Shown here: positions 26,501 to 39,980 of the stretch, piece by piece
Layout of the letters: each line of letters starts with the position of its first letter
Numbering within the stretch: the stretch's first letter is position 1
Origin: Mytilus trossulus
Lineage: Eukaryota
Direction of reading: 5' to 3'
NCBI RefSeq assembly: GCF_036588685.1
Contig: NC_086381.1
Location: 66,402,001 to 66,466,000, forward strand
Length of the DNA stretch: 64,000 nt
The notes under the pieces: model-generated
Databases searched by the model: none
Told to the model about the DNA's origin: nothing
What the model saw: only the letters and a program-made list of their open reading frames with translations
Made by a program: the position numbers and the translations under genes

Positions 26501-27296
26501 CTGTGTTTGTATCATGACATGGAAGAAATGTACTCTTTTTATATCAAGGAATACAGAGATGCGATACTGGAAGGTGTCAATTGTTGATGCATTCCATTTG
26601 TTTGATGTTTTTGCGCGTTTGATTTTGGATATTGCTGAGGGATTTTTCGGTGTGAATTTTACTCGATAGTCAGTATTTGTGTGATTTTACTTTTTATATA
26701 TACAAGAGATACAATTATGCACTGGTAAAATATCAATGGTTCAATAACAAGTATCTTTCGAATATTTCTTTTTTGTATACTTGGTGTTTACTCATAAAAG
26801 TTAAAAAATTAAAATTTAGAGGTCAAAAATTTAATATGTGATAACTAAGAAATGTATGAATGAGTTATAATTTTGCAATGACATATATTTACGGATAATG
26901 AATGTCAATATATTATGTTTGAATGTATATTAACTGTTTTAGACCAAAAAAAATCAACCAATCAGTATTACACAGCACTGTTCGTTCAAATAAAGCAATA
27001 TAAAACGTTTAACATATATTATGAAAGTATGTCTGCAAAAATGTGTATGAATCTACTAGTTTTCTCGGCAATTTATCATCGCAACATTAGCAAATAGATA
27101 CAGCACCACCAGTATATAAAACTAGGAACTCCCAAGGTTTGTATTCAAACTTCACATAAAAATATAATATCACGAAAAAAATTGCCGTGGCGACATCTAG
27201 ATCAGGCTAAGCGGAAATACTCAATTAGATGAAAAGTTCTTTGCAAATTTGTATCTAGTTCAGTTATAAAACATGTAATGAAAAAAGTTTACAAAC

Positions 27297-27414
27297 CCGC
27301 CATCTTTACTGTTGAATCCAACGATAACCTTTCCTTTATTAATTCTATAGGTTCTCCCAAGTGATGTCGCGTCATCCAAATGTAAATCGCAGTCTCTGAA
27401 TGTGTACTCTATGT
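27297..27414 (-). CDS. Dermatopontin-like protein exon 3 (NIEYTFRDCDLH...GKVIVGFNSKDG)
   Basis: tttgcag acceptor, gtttgt donor, phases 1/2. Confidence 0.75.
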
Positions 27415-28008
27415 CTGCAAAAATTATTGCGTATCACTGCTTACATATCTGTTTGTTCATGTTAATATAGTAAGAGATATTTTTTAGCATTTTTGAACTG
27501 TTACTTAGATGCTAGAGGTGTTTCTTTTTTTTTGAAAATATGAAACTCATTAAATGTGAAATTATTATCTTCTTTTACTTTTGAAAGCGTGCGTTTGACT
27601 TCAATATTTATCTACTAAAATTGTCAGTTAATTTGCAGAAGGTCAGTGGTCCCATCCGTGCACTCCGGCTTCTCAACCAATATAAATTTACCGTGACAAA
27701 ATATCCACATATGGAGAAAGTGGCATAAAGCACAAATCAATCAATCAGTCAAGACTACATTTGAACATGTTAATGATCCGTGAGTTTCGTTCAATAATCA
27801 CATTGCTATGATTTACGAATTTGATACTTTTCGTTATCTTATTTGAGTGAAAGCCTTGATCATAGATCACTTTAAAAATGGCGGTAGATATCCAATGCTT
27901 TAAGATTTCGATAGTTTTTTTCAAAACATTTGTGCCAATTATACCAATAACGCATACATGATATACGTCATAATTTACTACACAGATGTCATGTTTGTAT
28001 ATACTTAC

Positions 28009-28113
28009 TTTTATCTTCACAACAGCGAACGTTTTCACCGAATCCTTCTAAATATTCCCATCCACTTACATAGCCATATCCAGGACATTTGAAAGAGTTT
28101 TTCAAATTATAAA
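28009..28113 (-). CDS. Dermatopontin-like protein exon 2 (FYNLKNSFKCPGYGYVSGWEYLEGFGENVRCCEDK)
   Basis: ccgtag acceptor, gtaagt donor, phases 1/1; F.CP..GY.SG...CC repeat pattern. Confidence 0.8.
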
Positions 28114-29682
28114 CTACGGAAATAAAAATTAGGTACATTTATGAAATTGATACAGAATGAAAATCCGGCAATTAAAAAGTGTTAAAAATGTGTTTGGTCC
28201 GTAAAACTTATTTTATTTCAATGATTTGTTTGTTTCTATACATGTAACGTCTGTGGTTATTTACGTTTCGTACTGATTATCACATTCATGTGTCATGTCA
28301 CCTTAGTTTTTTTGGTTATCTTGTTAGACAATTAGTCTGTCATTTTACACAAAAGAGCTGGTTCATTGTCTGATAATTTTGGTCCTAAAATTCAGATTTT
28401 TTTTCTCTACCAAAATTTGGTGAAAATTTGATGAGAACAAATGCTAAAATGTCTTATGGTTTCGCAGCTAAAAAAAGTGTTCACCATTGTCAATATTATT
28501 GATGTATTTTTGATTTCGGAAAATTGGGATTTTTTGCAGAATACTGCAATTTATTTAACAAGTATTTTTGTTGTAACATTCCTTATAGACCACTTTCTTC
28601 GTTTTCCATAAAAAAAAATGAGCTTCGGGTTTCGCTAAAAATTGAGGAAAATGAAGCAGAGATGCATCTGTTTTTGTATTGTACAAAACATTCATTCATC
28701 AATCAATGCGTATACATTAGATTTTGTTTGAAAATTAAAGTTTAAAAAACACCTTTTCATGACCGTTTATATTTGTTTCTGACTATACTCCTTAAATTTG
28801 ATCAAGCGGACAATTTAAATGCATATATGGTAAACCTGAAATTGATGAAGCACAAGAATGACTGGGAAGTAGAAATTTTGTCAATTTTGGTATTCGTTAG
28901 AGTGAACTTAACACCTTACTCAGCCTGGGTATTCGTTTAGAGAAAATGTAACGTCTCCTGCACATAAAGACTGTTGTACATGTAGCAACCCATCTAGGGG
29001 TACGTTGATGTCATTTTGTAGGTCTATATTTCTGTTTTAACCAATTACCAACTGTTGATAGTGGTTATCTTTATATTTTGCCCTTAATCCAAATAGACCC
29101 TTGAACAAGTCCAGCCTTATGTAAAAATTTATTTCAACCACTTATGAATCGGGACATATGCACTTAGCTGTAATATTGTCTTTTCATGTTTTCTCCCTAT
29201 TAGATTTTTTTAAGTTAAAGCATCTAATTTTTAGAGAAAAAGAATGTATAGAAAATACCAAAATAATAATTTAATCAACAAAGTTTGTACTTAAATCGAA
29301 AATCGACCGGGTCTTACAAAAACAGTTAAAAATGGCAGGTTTTACTAAGCATGTATCATTAAGGAGTAAGAGCAAAGACTAGTCTGCTCGAGATCAAAAT
29401 AAAATGACCCGGTGAGTTGCCATATCACCTGTGGAATGTTACATTGTAAACAAGCACGTTTAAAATGGAGATCAGCTAATCGGTTTTAAAACAAAGCATA
29501 TCCATTTTGCATTAATCTGTTCTCTTCCTGCCTGATTATGCATTTAATTGTGTTTTTTTTATACTATGTGAATTATAAAATCGCTAGTTTAATTTCACTT
29601 CCATGAAACTTCATCTGTCGTAAGTATGTTTAACGTTTATATTAGTGAGGATATATTTTATAAGTAGCTTAAATATACATAC

Positions 29683-29878
29683 AATGAGTTTTGCACACTA
29701 CGTTTCTTCCTGGTCCAGGTTTACACGTATATGGAAACGGATCAGGAAACATCTTATCAAGGGATTCGCCGTCTTTACAATACTGCCTATATGTTATTGG
29801 TCTTGATGTCTTTTCATAATTTTGGAAACCAAGGACATCGGAAGCAATAACAAATAATATGATCGTTGTTCCTTTCAT
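29683..29878 (-). CDS. Secreted dermatopontin-like protein, coding exon 1 (signal peptide MKGTTIILFVIASDVLG ... VVCKTH)
   Basis: tttttcag acceptor above 29903, ATG at 29878, T|gtatgt donor (phase 1). Confidence 0.8.
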
Positions 29879-30819
29879 TTTAACTTGGAGCACACGGAAA
29901 CGTCTGAAAAACAAAAATCAAATTAGTTGATAGGTTGGTAAAATAAAGAGGATTTATTTTTACTGTGAAATTTTAAAATATTTTTAAACTATATACATTA
30001 TGTTCTGTTTTGTTTGATGTTGGTTGTCATGTTTTCGTTTTTCGGTTTTTTATACATCATTGTCCATTTTGTTTTCGACTTATGTGTTTGAAAATCTCTT
30101 TTCGTCTAAATTCGCTCACACCGAACACCAAGCTATAAAGGACCCCAACAATTACTAGTAAAAAACCCATTCAAACGGGAAGTCAAAGGTCTAATGTATA
30201 CAGAAAACACGAGAAACGAGAAACATTTATATACCACATCATCAAAGGACAACTACATGTACTGAACATCAGGTTCTGGACTTAGGACAGTTGCAATTTT
30301 ACTAACCTTCTGCCGTGTATGAAACAATAGTGTAACATCACAACATAGAAAGACACACTATAAAATCTATATTATTGAACGAGAAAACCTCATTTTGTGT
30401 GTCGCTTCTCGTCCTTTCCCGATAAATTAATCAACATGCCACTGTGTTTTATAGGTAGCATGCATAGTCGCATTTGTCATCCATTCTTATGATTTTTAGA
30501 TTGAGTTATTTATGTTATTTTTGGAGAAAAACAAAAAAAAGGAATCCGGATTTTGATTCCGTAGTCAGTCACATATAAGACATATAAGACTCCGGGTTTG
30601 AAACATGTACAAATACAACCAATCGTATGATAGATAACAGAAAATAATTATATTTATAAGTACGTCTGAGTCAGTGACAACTCTACAACAGATTTATCCA
30701 TCGGATCACCAGCAGTGATGGTGATACATGGCTGTGTACATTATGTATATACAACTCGTCTAAACATCAACCCAACAATTTTAGACCTGTAAATTTGCTT
30801 TCGCAAATTTTTTGTTCTT

Positions 30820-30913
30820 CCCTCGCCGGGATTCGAACCCATGCTACTGCGATATCGTGACACAAAATCGCCTGCACTGTAGCCGTCCCGCTAGACCACA
30901 TGACCACCTAGGC
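30820..30913 (-). repeat. tRNA-like head (A box, B box GGTTCGAATCC) inside a ~360-bp repeat (30655-31015)
   Basis: Pol III boxes present with an extended spacer; no clean cloverleaf. Confidence 0.55.
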
Positions 30914-32270
30914 TTCATAAAAATGAAGCTTTTGCTGGCCATGTGTTACTTTTCCACGTCAGTTTTAATCTAGCGGCGTACTACAGTACATGATATATAA
31001 GGCATGGAGATGTTATATAAATAACAAGTCAAAAAGGGTACAACATCACCATTAAATAACTATAAAATGAACAAATATTAGATATTTCGGATAACAGAAA
31101 TCCTTCTTCAATAATAGCACGATGTCAAATGAATCATGTCAATATATCCAAACTGAGGAACTTTTTCCAAATCTTGTAATTTATACAATTTAGGCGAACA
31201 CCTCAGACGCTAGTACAATTTTAAAATTTCCGAACACGGCGCAAATATTTCAAAGATATGCCAAATAAAAATAAATAGTTATTTGCGATGCGAAATGGCG
31301 CAACTCTAAATTTCCAAAGGTTGTGACAGTTTATATGTTATAACTGCTTGGAGGGCAGTCCTCAAAAAAAAAAATCAAAAATGTCCTAAACGATCCAAGT
31401 TGGTATAATATTTCAAATTTGACAACGGTAGGTCAATTGCAACAAACACTGCATATTTAAGCCTCTCAAACGATTAGCAGTTTATAAATGATTAGAAAAA
31501 TAAGTTTTATCTGATGAGGTCACTTTCTAAAGTTGTTCCTCGCTCAGCTCACTGCTGATGACCTTTATTTTCGGCGGCATGTCCCAAACAGGAAGTTGTG
31601 TAAATGACTGTTTTTCCCGGATTGGACTAAATAGCGATAAACTTTAAGTGTATTATTGATGTCTAGGTTATTTGAGTTAGTCTATAGTCACCTTCGTGTG
31701 AAATTGGCACCGTGTTGTCGAAATATTTTTAATTGTCAGCCGCGTTAACTCGAGATAATGTTTTTGAATTAGTAGAATCAACCATTTTTCCAAAGACACT
31801 ACTGTCTTATAATTAAAAAGGAAGATGTGGTATGATTGCCAATGAGACATCTATCCACAAAAGACCAAAATGACACAAACATTAACAACTATAGGTCACC
31901 GTACGGCCTTCAACAATGAGCAAAGCCCATACCGCAAAGTCAGTTATAAAAAGCCCCGAAAAGACAATGTAAAACAATTCAAACGAAAAAACTAACGGCC
32001 TTATTTATGTAAAAATTAGCTTGTATTGTGTTTGCACTGTATAATCATGACCTTCACATTATCCTGTATGTCAATTTTACCTGTTGTCAATTTTAACCTT
32101 ACGGCGACTATAATTTAAAAAACCTGCAGATTTAAATGTTAAGTTTGACTATTATGGACTAATTAATTGAACTAAGATAAAGAAAAAATTCAAAGTTCTA
32201 TCATTTTATAAAACTTAAATCAAAAATATTACTTTTCTAGCATAAGAATAAAAGTTTTATAAGAATATAA

Positions 32271-33365
32271 GGCCGTGTTCACACCAAACGCCGTGTACAG
32301 TAAACATGTTTACATTTGGTTTAATGTAATGTACACTAGTTTCACAAAAAAAATGTTCACATCTATACACCTTGTTTAGTTACCTGTACATAAGATTTGT
32401 TCACACTTGCAAACTATATGTCATTTAAATGTTCATAACGTAGAACCAAATTTTCAAACAAACAACTTTACTTTTCTAGCTGTTAGGGAACGCCAATTAG
32501 ATTTATAAAGAAAACGGGGGATTGATGTTCCCTCAATTTGATCAAAACAAAAACCGGGTCATTCTGATGATTAGAATGGACAAAATCTTTTTAATATCCT
32601 GAACCCTCAGTTCCCCCTTACATTATAGTGTTGAATATTGAATTGGTATCGTTGAAAAAAAGTAAAATACAAACCTTCACGCGAGAAAAAATTAGAAAGT
32701 CATTTTGGATGATTTGCAGTAGTTTAAAGATGTCTCGATTACGCATTTAAAACGTAGGCTGCATTAGTGTGCTTACCGAAGAAGAAAAAAATTGCAATGT
32801 TAAGGATCAGTACATTTCTATATTTTCTGTTTGTTTCAAATGGTATTTTTTTCCCCAATGAGTATTTGGAAAGAAACGGTGACATATTTTTTTAAATTTC
32901 AAATTGTATTTTAACGGGTAAATAAGCAATTAAATTCACCCTTTTTCAGTAATGCATTTATGGGTGAATCGTTGTTTGAGTAAAAACCAGTGGCTAATAT
33001 TTCTGTCAGTGTGTACGTCCAATCAATTTGGGAAGATCTTTCAAACAAATTATGTGATCGGCAAAGATGAATGGGTTAATAAGGCTACGAAAAGTGCTTT
33101 TATAACAAATACATATATCAAGTTTAGACAAATATTTCGTAAAGAACTATATTAACAAGTGTTATAAGTATCAATTTTATATAAAAATCGTTTCTTCCTT
33201 AAATATTTATGGTAAAAATAATATTCTAAATGTCTAGTTTTGTGTACACTTAACCTACACAAGGCCTACATCGACTATCGACTGCATGTAGAAAAAAATT
33301 GATTTAAACTACATATAAACATTTTGTTTTATCAATGGGAACGTAATTATGTTTAATGTATGTGT
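32271..33365. mobile_element. PIF/Harbinger-like non-autonomous element, one end truncated
   Basis: TAA-ggccgtgttcacacc terminus; reverse-complement similarity to 48679-50118. Confidence 0.65.
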
Positions 33366-33640
33366 AAGTTTTAAAATAACGACTCAGCTTTCTATTTCAA
33401 CCACTAATTGCATGTAGCATCAGTACATACACTAAAAAAACGAAAGTATGCAAAAAGAAATTGTAAACACAATAAAGAAACTTAAGATTGGACAACATGT
33501 AATGAAAGCTTACGTAACGTTTCAACTAACGTTCATTGACAAATTGGATATTTTTGTTGTGAGTGTTTGAATATAAAAAAAACCCAACAAAAGCTGATCA
33601 GATGGATTTTCATTATGCCAGAGAATAAATGAACACTTAC

Positions 33641-33706
33641 CCCAATGTGTAATAGCAGACCTAATGCGAATAAGATAACTTTGTAAACGAAGTGGCTACT
33701 TATATA
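33641..33706 (-). promoter_or_regulatory. TATA box and short non-coding first exon, probably of the dermatopontin-like gene
   Basis: TATATAA at 33706-33700, Inr-like ttattc ~30 nt downstream, GG|gtaagt donor. Confidence 0.5.
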
Positions 33707-34683
33707 GCTCATACAATTAAAGTATTCAATCGAGGAATGCTGTAGGTGTGAAACAATAATCAGTGACATATGTTCTTCAGGTTTGTTCATTTTAAACATG
33801 TTAATGAATATGTAAAATGGGTTGGGTGTGCGACATCTTTCATCTTTTGTTAAACGAGTGGACTTTTACCTGTACTTGCAGATTATCAAACCATAATTTA
33901 AGGCAGTATTGAATTATGTATTACTTTAATATCTACAAAATGTGTTCACAATTGTTCCAAATGTTACGCTTTAATGGTTGTTGTTTAAAAAACCCATTTA
34001 ACTCCCTACATAATGTGATTGATTGATTGGTATTCAACGCCACTTTCAGCTGTATTTTGTTATTTTTTCACTGTCAACTATTTGCATTTGGTAGGGAAAG
34101 TGGTAATAATTCTAGTCAATTAGGTTGTGGTCAAGCGCATCTGGCACGTGAGGGATTCAAATTCACAACGTTAACTTCCATTTAGAAAGGTCAGTGAAGC
34201 AGTAGTTGCACAAGTAACCTCCTACCTTGCTAGATAAGGTTATCCTATAAGTAGCTGGAGTAATCTTATAAATTAATATAATGGTATATTTTTATGTGGA
34301 TTGAATTATAAAAAAAATACGAATATTTTATGTTACATTGAAAAATATTTAGTTGCACCACAGTATTTTTGTTGTTTCGTTGTTTTTGCTCCTATAATTA
34401 GCGTTTTTGTCTCGGTTTCGGTTTGTATCTCGGATTTTTTTCTGCATCAATCTATGACTTTATAACTGTTGCCATTGTGTAAGTTTATGATGCACAGGTA
34501 TTTCTTTCAACTTACATTCTTAAGGATATGATAATACACGTTTTACTATGTTCATTATATAGATATATCTATTTTGAGGGTCCTTTGTTTCTTGCTGTTC
34601 GGTGTGAGTTAAAGCTCTGTGACAAGACCGAACTTTGACCTATAATTGCTTTTACAACTTCTGACTTGGTTGGTATATAAGTC

Positions 34684-34843
34684 AGATAATGCCTATTATA
34701 AGGTTTTTCTTGTCGAAGAACACACCTCGGGTTGTCAGGATTGCTCAAAGAAAGACCTCCCTATGGTCGGTCTTCCATTTGATCAATCCTGACACCCCTC
34801 GATGTGTTCAACGACAAGAAAAACATTAAAATATGCATTATCT
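34684..34843. mobile_element. Palindromic (foldback) MITE
   Basis: Whole element is an imperfect inverted repeat, agataatgc...gcattatct; absent from the paralogous block. Confidence 0.75.
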
Positions 34844-35989
34844 ATAACGTAACTTCTTGATTAACATAATCATTTTGATTTCATCAGCAAAGTTTTACAT
34901 TCTCTTTCGACTATGGTAAATTTCTGTTTTCCTATCTTTAATGTTTAATCATATGCTTGGTTTGTTTTGTACTTCTTTGTTACATGTGTGTGTGGTTTTT
35001 TTTTCGTTAAGTGATTAGGATTATACCATTTTACCTAATATGTGTGATTGTTTTGTTCATGCATAGTTGTAAATATAACGGATTTTAATACGTGTCGTAT
35101 ACGTGGGAATTTAGCTAGCTATAAACCCAGGTACATTAGAAAATGTCTGTACCAAGTCAGGAATATGGTAGTTGGTATATATTCGTACGATGTGTTTGAT
35201 CTCTTAATTTTGTCTTTTGATTAGAAACTTCCCGTTTTGAGTTTTGATTTTTATGTTTTTTTTTCACGCTTATTAAGAGTAAATAGAATAAATGCATATC
35301 ATTTTTAAATGTAAAGTGTTGAGATATATTTTTTTATCAAATTGATTATGATTTTTTGTATGTTGCAATGGTAGCTAACGTTAAATAATATATAACAAAT
35401 ATAACAATTACAACATCAAAAAATGTCATAATTTGCATAATCAATTTAATTTCAAAAAAGAAAATCTAAATAGAATCAATGCATATTATTTATATATGTA
35501 AAGTGCAAATATATATTTGAAGTCAAACTGATTATGAATGCAAATGTTACAAAAATTGAATAATATACAACAGTTATTACAATTACAAAATCAAAACATG
35601 TCATAATTTGTCATAACTTCGTACTTTATTTGGTCTTTTTTTTTTTTTTTTTTTTTTTTTAACTTTTTTGGATTCGAGCGTCACTGATGAGTCTTTTGTA
35701 GACGAAACGCACGCATCGTGTATACATAAAACTTATTCCTGGTATCTATGATAAGTGTATTTGCATAATACATTTTATGAATAAAGAATATCCAAGTCTG
35801 CTATATACATGTATTATTGCTGCATACCTCGTCGTCATCATCATTAAAGTAATATAATTTAGTTTCACATGCGAGTATATAAAACGATATATAGTAGATA
35901 TAGGAAGATGTGGTGTGAGTGCCAATGAGACAACTCTCCATCCAAATAACAATTTAAAAATTAGTGTCTATTCTTTCTTAAGAGACTTT

Positions 35990-38900
35990 ACTTACATTTT
36001 CTAAACCTACTACAGTAACTTTTCATAATGAAAACCTGGACAAAACAGTTATTTGATATACTAGTACTTTATTATTCTGTTTCAGAAATTGTAGCCAACT
36101 TGTATCTCGAACGGAGCTTGTTATGATAGCCATGCGCGCATCAAATTTGCAAAATATTGGAGGTCTTTTTAAATAATCATACAGAAAATACTGCAATGCG
36201 AATTATGACATTTATTTTGTAATTTTACATGTTGTAACATCGGTTGTATATTGTACAACGTTTATAACAATGCAACATCAAGATTTCATAATCATGTTTA
36301 ACACCGCCGCATTTTCGCGCCTGTCCCAGGTCAGGAGCCTCTGGCCTTTATTAGTCTTGTACTACTTTAACTTTAAGTTCCTTGTGTATGATCTGGAGTT
36401 TAGCATGGCATTCATCATCACTCAACTAGTATATATTTTTGTTTAGGGATCAGCTAAAGGACGCCTCCGGGTGAGGGAATTTCTCGCTGCATTGAAGACC
36501 TATTGGTGACCTCCTGCTGTTGTCTGTTCTATTATATGAGTTAATTGAGATGTTAGGAATACGCAATAAACACTCAATTACTAATGTGTTAGTTTATTCT
36601 TCATTTACAAAAGTTTATGTTTCAATTTATAATTCGACAAGCATAGTTTTTGTTTAGCTATGAAAGAGACTAAACCATTGAAATTCATTCATTGGACAGT
36701 AAATATCGAGTTTTGCTGATGAGACTTGATGGATTTGGTGCATCTGAATCGCTTGACATACCGAAAGATTGACCCGATAGACCTTTGTGCAACACTAGTT
36801 ACAATATTTTTTTTATAGATAGATAGTTTCGGGATTGATCAATGTTATACTGAAAAGCTTTCAGATTAATTTCCTGTTTATACTGTTCCAAGCATTACAG
36901 AAAGATTACATTCAGCCAGAGGGAAACTACGTGTAAAAGTAATCTGAAACTTGAAGAAGTTGAAAAACGGATGTTTTTTTTAAAGTTAATTTTAATGTTT
37001 GAATAATTTCCCCTTAATTTTCACAAACATTTACTGGTATTAATTAGTTTCTTGCTTTACAATCCCACAAAGTACAATGATATATTTTTTCTGTGTAGTC
37101 TTGACATACTAGTCAAATTGATTATGCAAATTATGATCTTTTTTATGTTGCAATTGTAACATCTGTTATATATTATTCAACGCTCCTTAATCGTTTCCAT
37201 TCGTCACAACTCGGCTGATTCCGTAACATTGGATGAATGGAGAGCAGCGAATTCACCCGAGGATTAGCGATTGTAATCACGTCTTGATCATAATAATCTT
37301 TATGATTTCAACAGCAAGTTTTCTTATATTTCTTCAAAAGTTAAGAGCACAGTAAATAAATGAACATATATATAGTACAATGGTGTATCCTATAGCATAT
37401 TTAGTAGAAAGTTTGTAACTCAAGATGAGGCAGAAAAGGCATCTGTGTCGTCTGAATTGTTGGCAATACATAAAATAGATAAGAGAAAGGAAAAACATAG
37501 AAAAAGAGTGGCATGCAAGCGTGAAAACATCTTTGCATTTTAATACTATCAACAATTAAGTAACGCATAATTCGAATAGTAATAACTGTTTACGTCCAGA
37601 TTGTGTACTCTTATTTCAACAACGTTACAAATGTAACACAATCTTTGTCAATTTATTACGTAGATAACAATCGCCATATAGACGTTCATTACTATCGCAA
37701 GTAAACTGGCGTTTGGTTCTGCAATTATTTACGTCCATCGTTTATGGACAACGTAGGACAGGTAAACTGTCTTAATTGGGTAGACCTAAGTAATACCAAT
37801 GTTTTCCTCTCGTTTAGTTTTTCTTCAATTGACATCATTAAAAAGGTCGGGGTCCGTGCAACATCTCCCAAAGTCTTCAGGAAATTCACTGTTTTATTTT
37901 ATGTTTAGAGTATATTGAATACGACCAATTTTGGGATACCCTAAAACACTAGAAAACACTAGTAGGTAAAAATCATTGTGTGTTTTTGTACATGTTATTA
38001 TTTGAAATACCCCTGACTGTCAAATTGCATAGCGAGAACATATTTTAAAGTAAATCTGAAACTTCATGGTAATACAAATAGCCTGAATGTAAAGAAAAAC
38101 GGTTTTAAATTATTGATACGTCGGAAAGTCTGGCCAACTCAGATACCAATTTTTTTTTCAAACCTAGTCAGAAAAAAATACTGTCGTTAAATTCCTGCCT
38201 TAAATTTTAATAGTTATAAGTCTTTCTTATGTGACCATACTTACATTTTCTAAATCTACTACAGTAACTTTTCATAATAAAAACCTTAACAAAACAGTTA
38301 TTTGCTATACTAGTGCTTTATTATTCTGTTTCAGAAATTGTAGCCAACTTGTATCTCGAACGGAGCTTGTATTTGATAGCCATGCACACATCAAATTTGC
38401 AAAATATTGGAGGCCTTTTCAAATAATCATATAGAAAATACTGGAATGCAAATTATGACATTTATTTATGTTGTAAATGTACATGTTGTAACATCAGTTG
38501 TATATTATACAACGTTTATAACAATGCAACATCAAGATTTCAAAAAAGCATGTTTAACACCGCCGCATTTTCGCGCCTGTCCCAGGTCAGGAGCCTCTTG
38601 TCTTTATTAGTCTTGCAATACTTTTAATTTAAGTTGCTTCTTTATAATTTGGAGTTTAGTATGGCATTCATAATCACTGAACTAGTATATATATTTGTTT
38701 AGGGATCAGCTGAAGGACGCCTCCCGGTAAGGGAATTTCTCTCTGTATTGCAGACCTCCTGCTGTTGTCTGATCTGGTTGTAGTATATAAGTCAATTGAG
38801 ATGTTAGGAATACGCAAAAAGACAGTTATCAAACACGCAATTACTAGTGTGTTAGTTTTTTTTTCATTAACGAAAGTTTATGTTTTCAAATTACAATTTG

Positions 38901-39979
38901 AAAAGCGTATTTGTTTTAAGCTATTAAAGATACTTAACCATTGAAATTATTTCATTGGAAAATAAATATCGAGTTTGACTGATTATACTTGATGGATTTG
39001 GTGCATCTGAATCGCTTGCAGGTGCAAAATTAAATAGTTTAAAGGCTTGACATACCAAAAGATTGACCCGATAGACCTTTGTGCAACACTAGTTACAATA
39101 TTTTTTTTATAGATAGATAGATTCGGTATTGATTTCCAAGCAATACAGAAAGACTACATTTAGCCATGGAAACTACTTGTATAAGAGATCTATAACTTAA
39201 AGAGGTCAACAAATATTTTTTTTTTAGTTCATTACAATGTTTGAATAATTTCCCCTTAAGTTTCTCAAAAATTTGTTTGTATTTGTTAGTAACTTGCTTT
39301 ACAATCCCACAAAAATTTAAAGTACAATGATATATTTTTCTGTGTAGTCTTGACATACTAGTCAAATTGATTATGCAAATTATGATCTTTTTTATGTTGC
39401 AATTGTAACATCTGTTATATATTATTCAACGCTCCTTAATCATTTCCATTCGTCACAAATCGGCTGATTCCATAACATTGGATGAATGGAGAGCAGCGAA
39501 TTCACCCGAGGATTAGCGATTGTAATCACTTCTTGATCATAATAATCTTTATGATTTCAACAGCAAGTTTTCTTATATTTCTTCAAAAGAGCACAGAAAA
39601 TAAATGAATTGAAATATAGTACAATGGTATATCCTATAACATGTATAGTAGCAAGGTCGTAACTAAAGATGAGACAGAAAAGGCAACTGTGTCGTCTGAA
39701 TTGTTGGCAATACACAAAATAGATAAGAGAAAGGAAAAACATAGAAAAAGAGTGGCATGCAAGCGTGAAAACATCTTTGCATTTTAATACTATCAACAAT
39801 TAAGTAATGCATACTTCGAATAGTAATAACTGTTTACGTGCAGATTGTGTACTCTTATTTCAACAACGTTACAAAATTTAATGTATCGAAATCTGTCAAA
39901 TTATTACGTAGATTATAATCGTCATATGGACGTTCATTACTATCTCCAGTACACTGGCATTTGGTTCTGCAATTATTCA
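35990..39979 (+). repeat. Tandem duplication of ~1.74-kb units (35990-37730 and 38250-39979)
   Basis: Direct colinear similarity; duplicated ORFs 37334-37555 and 39557-39799. Confidence 0.92.
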
Positions 39980-39980
39980 T

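Larger units (their letters stand above)
33365..35700 (-). repeat. Inverted duplication block X (pairs with 42140-44623)
   Basis: Colinear, high reverse-complement identity over ~2.3 kb. Confidence 0.92.

Noticed and set aside
31511-31570. CTGATGA motifs as hammerheads (also at ~36716)
   Set aside because: No stem II followed by GAAA, and no closing stem I.
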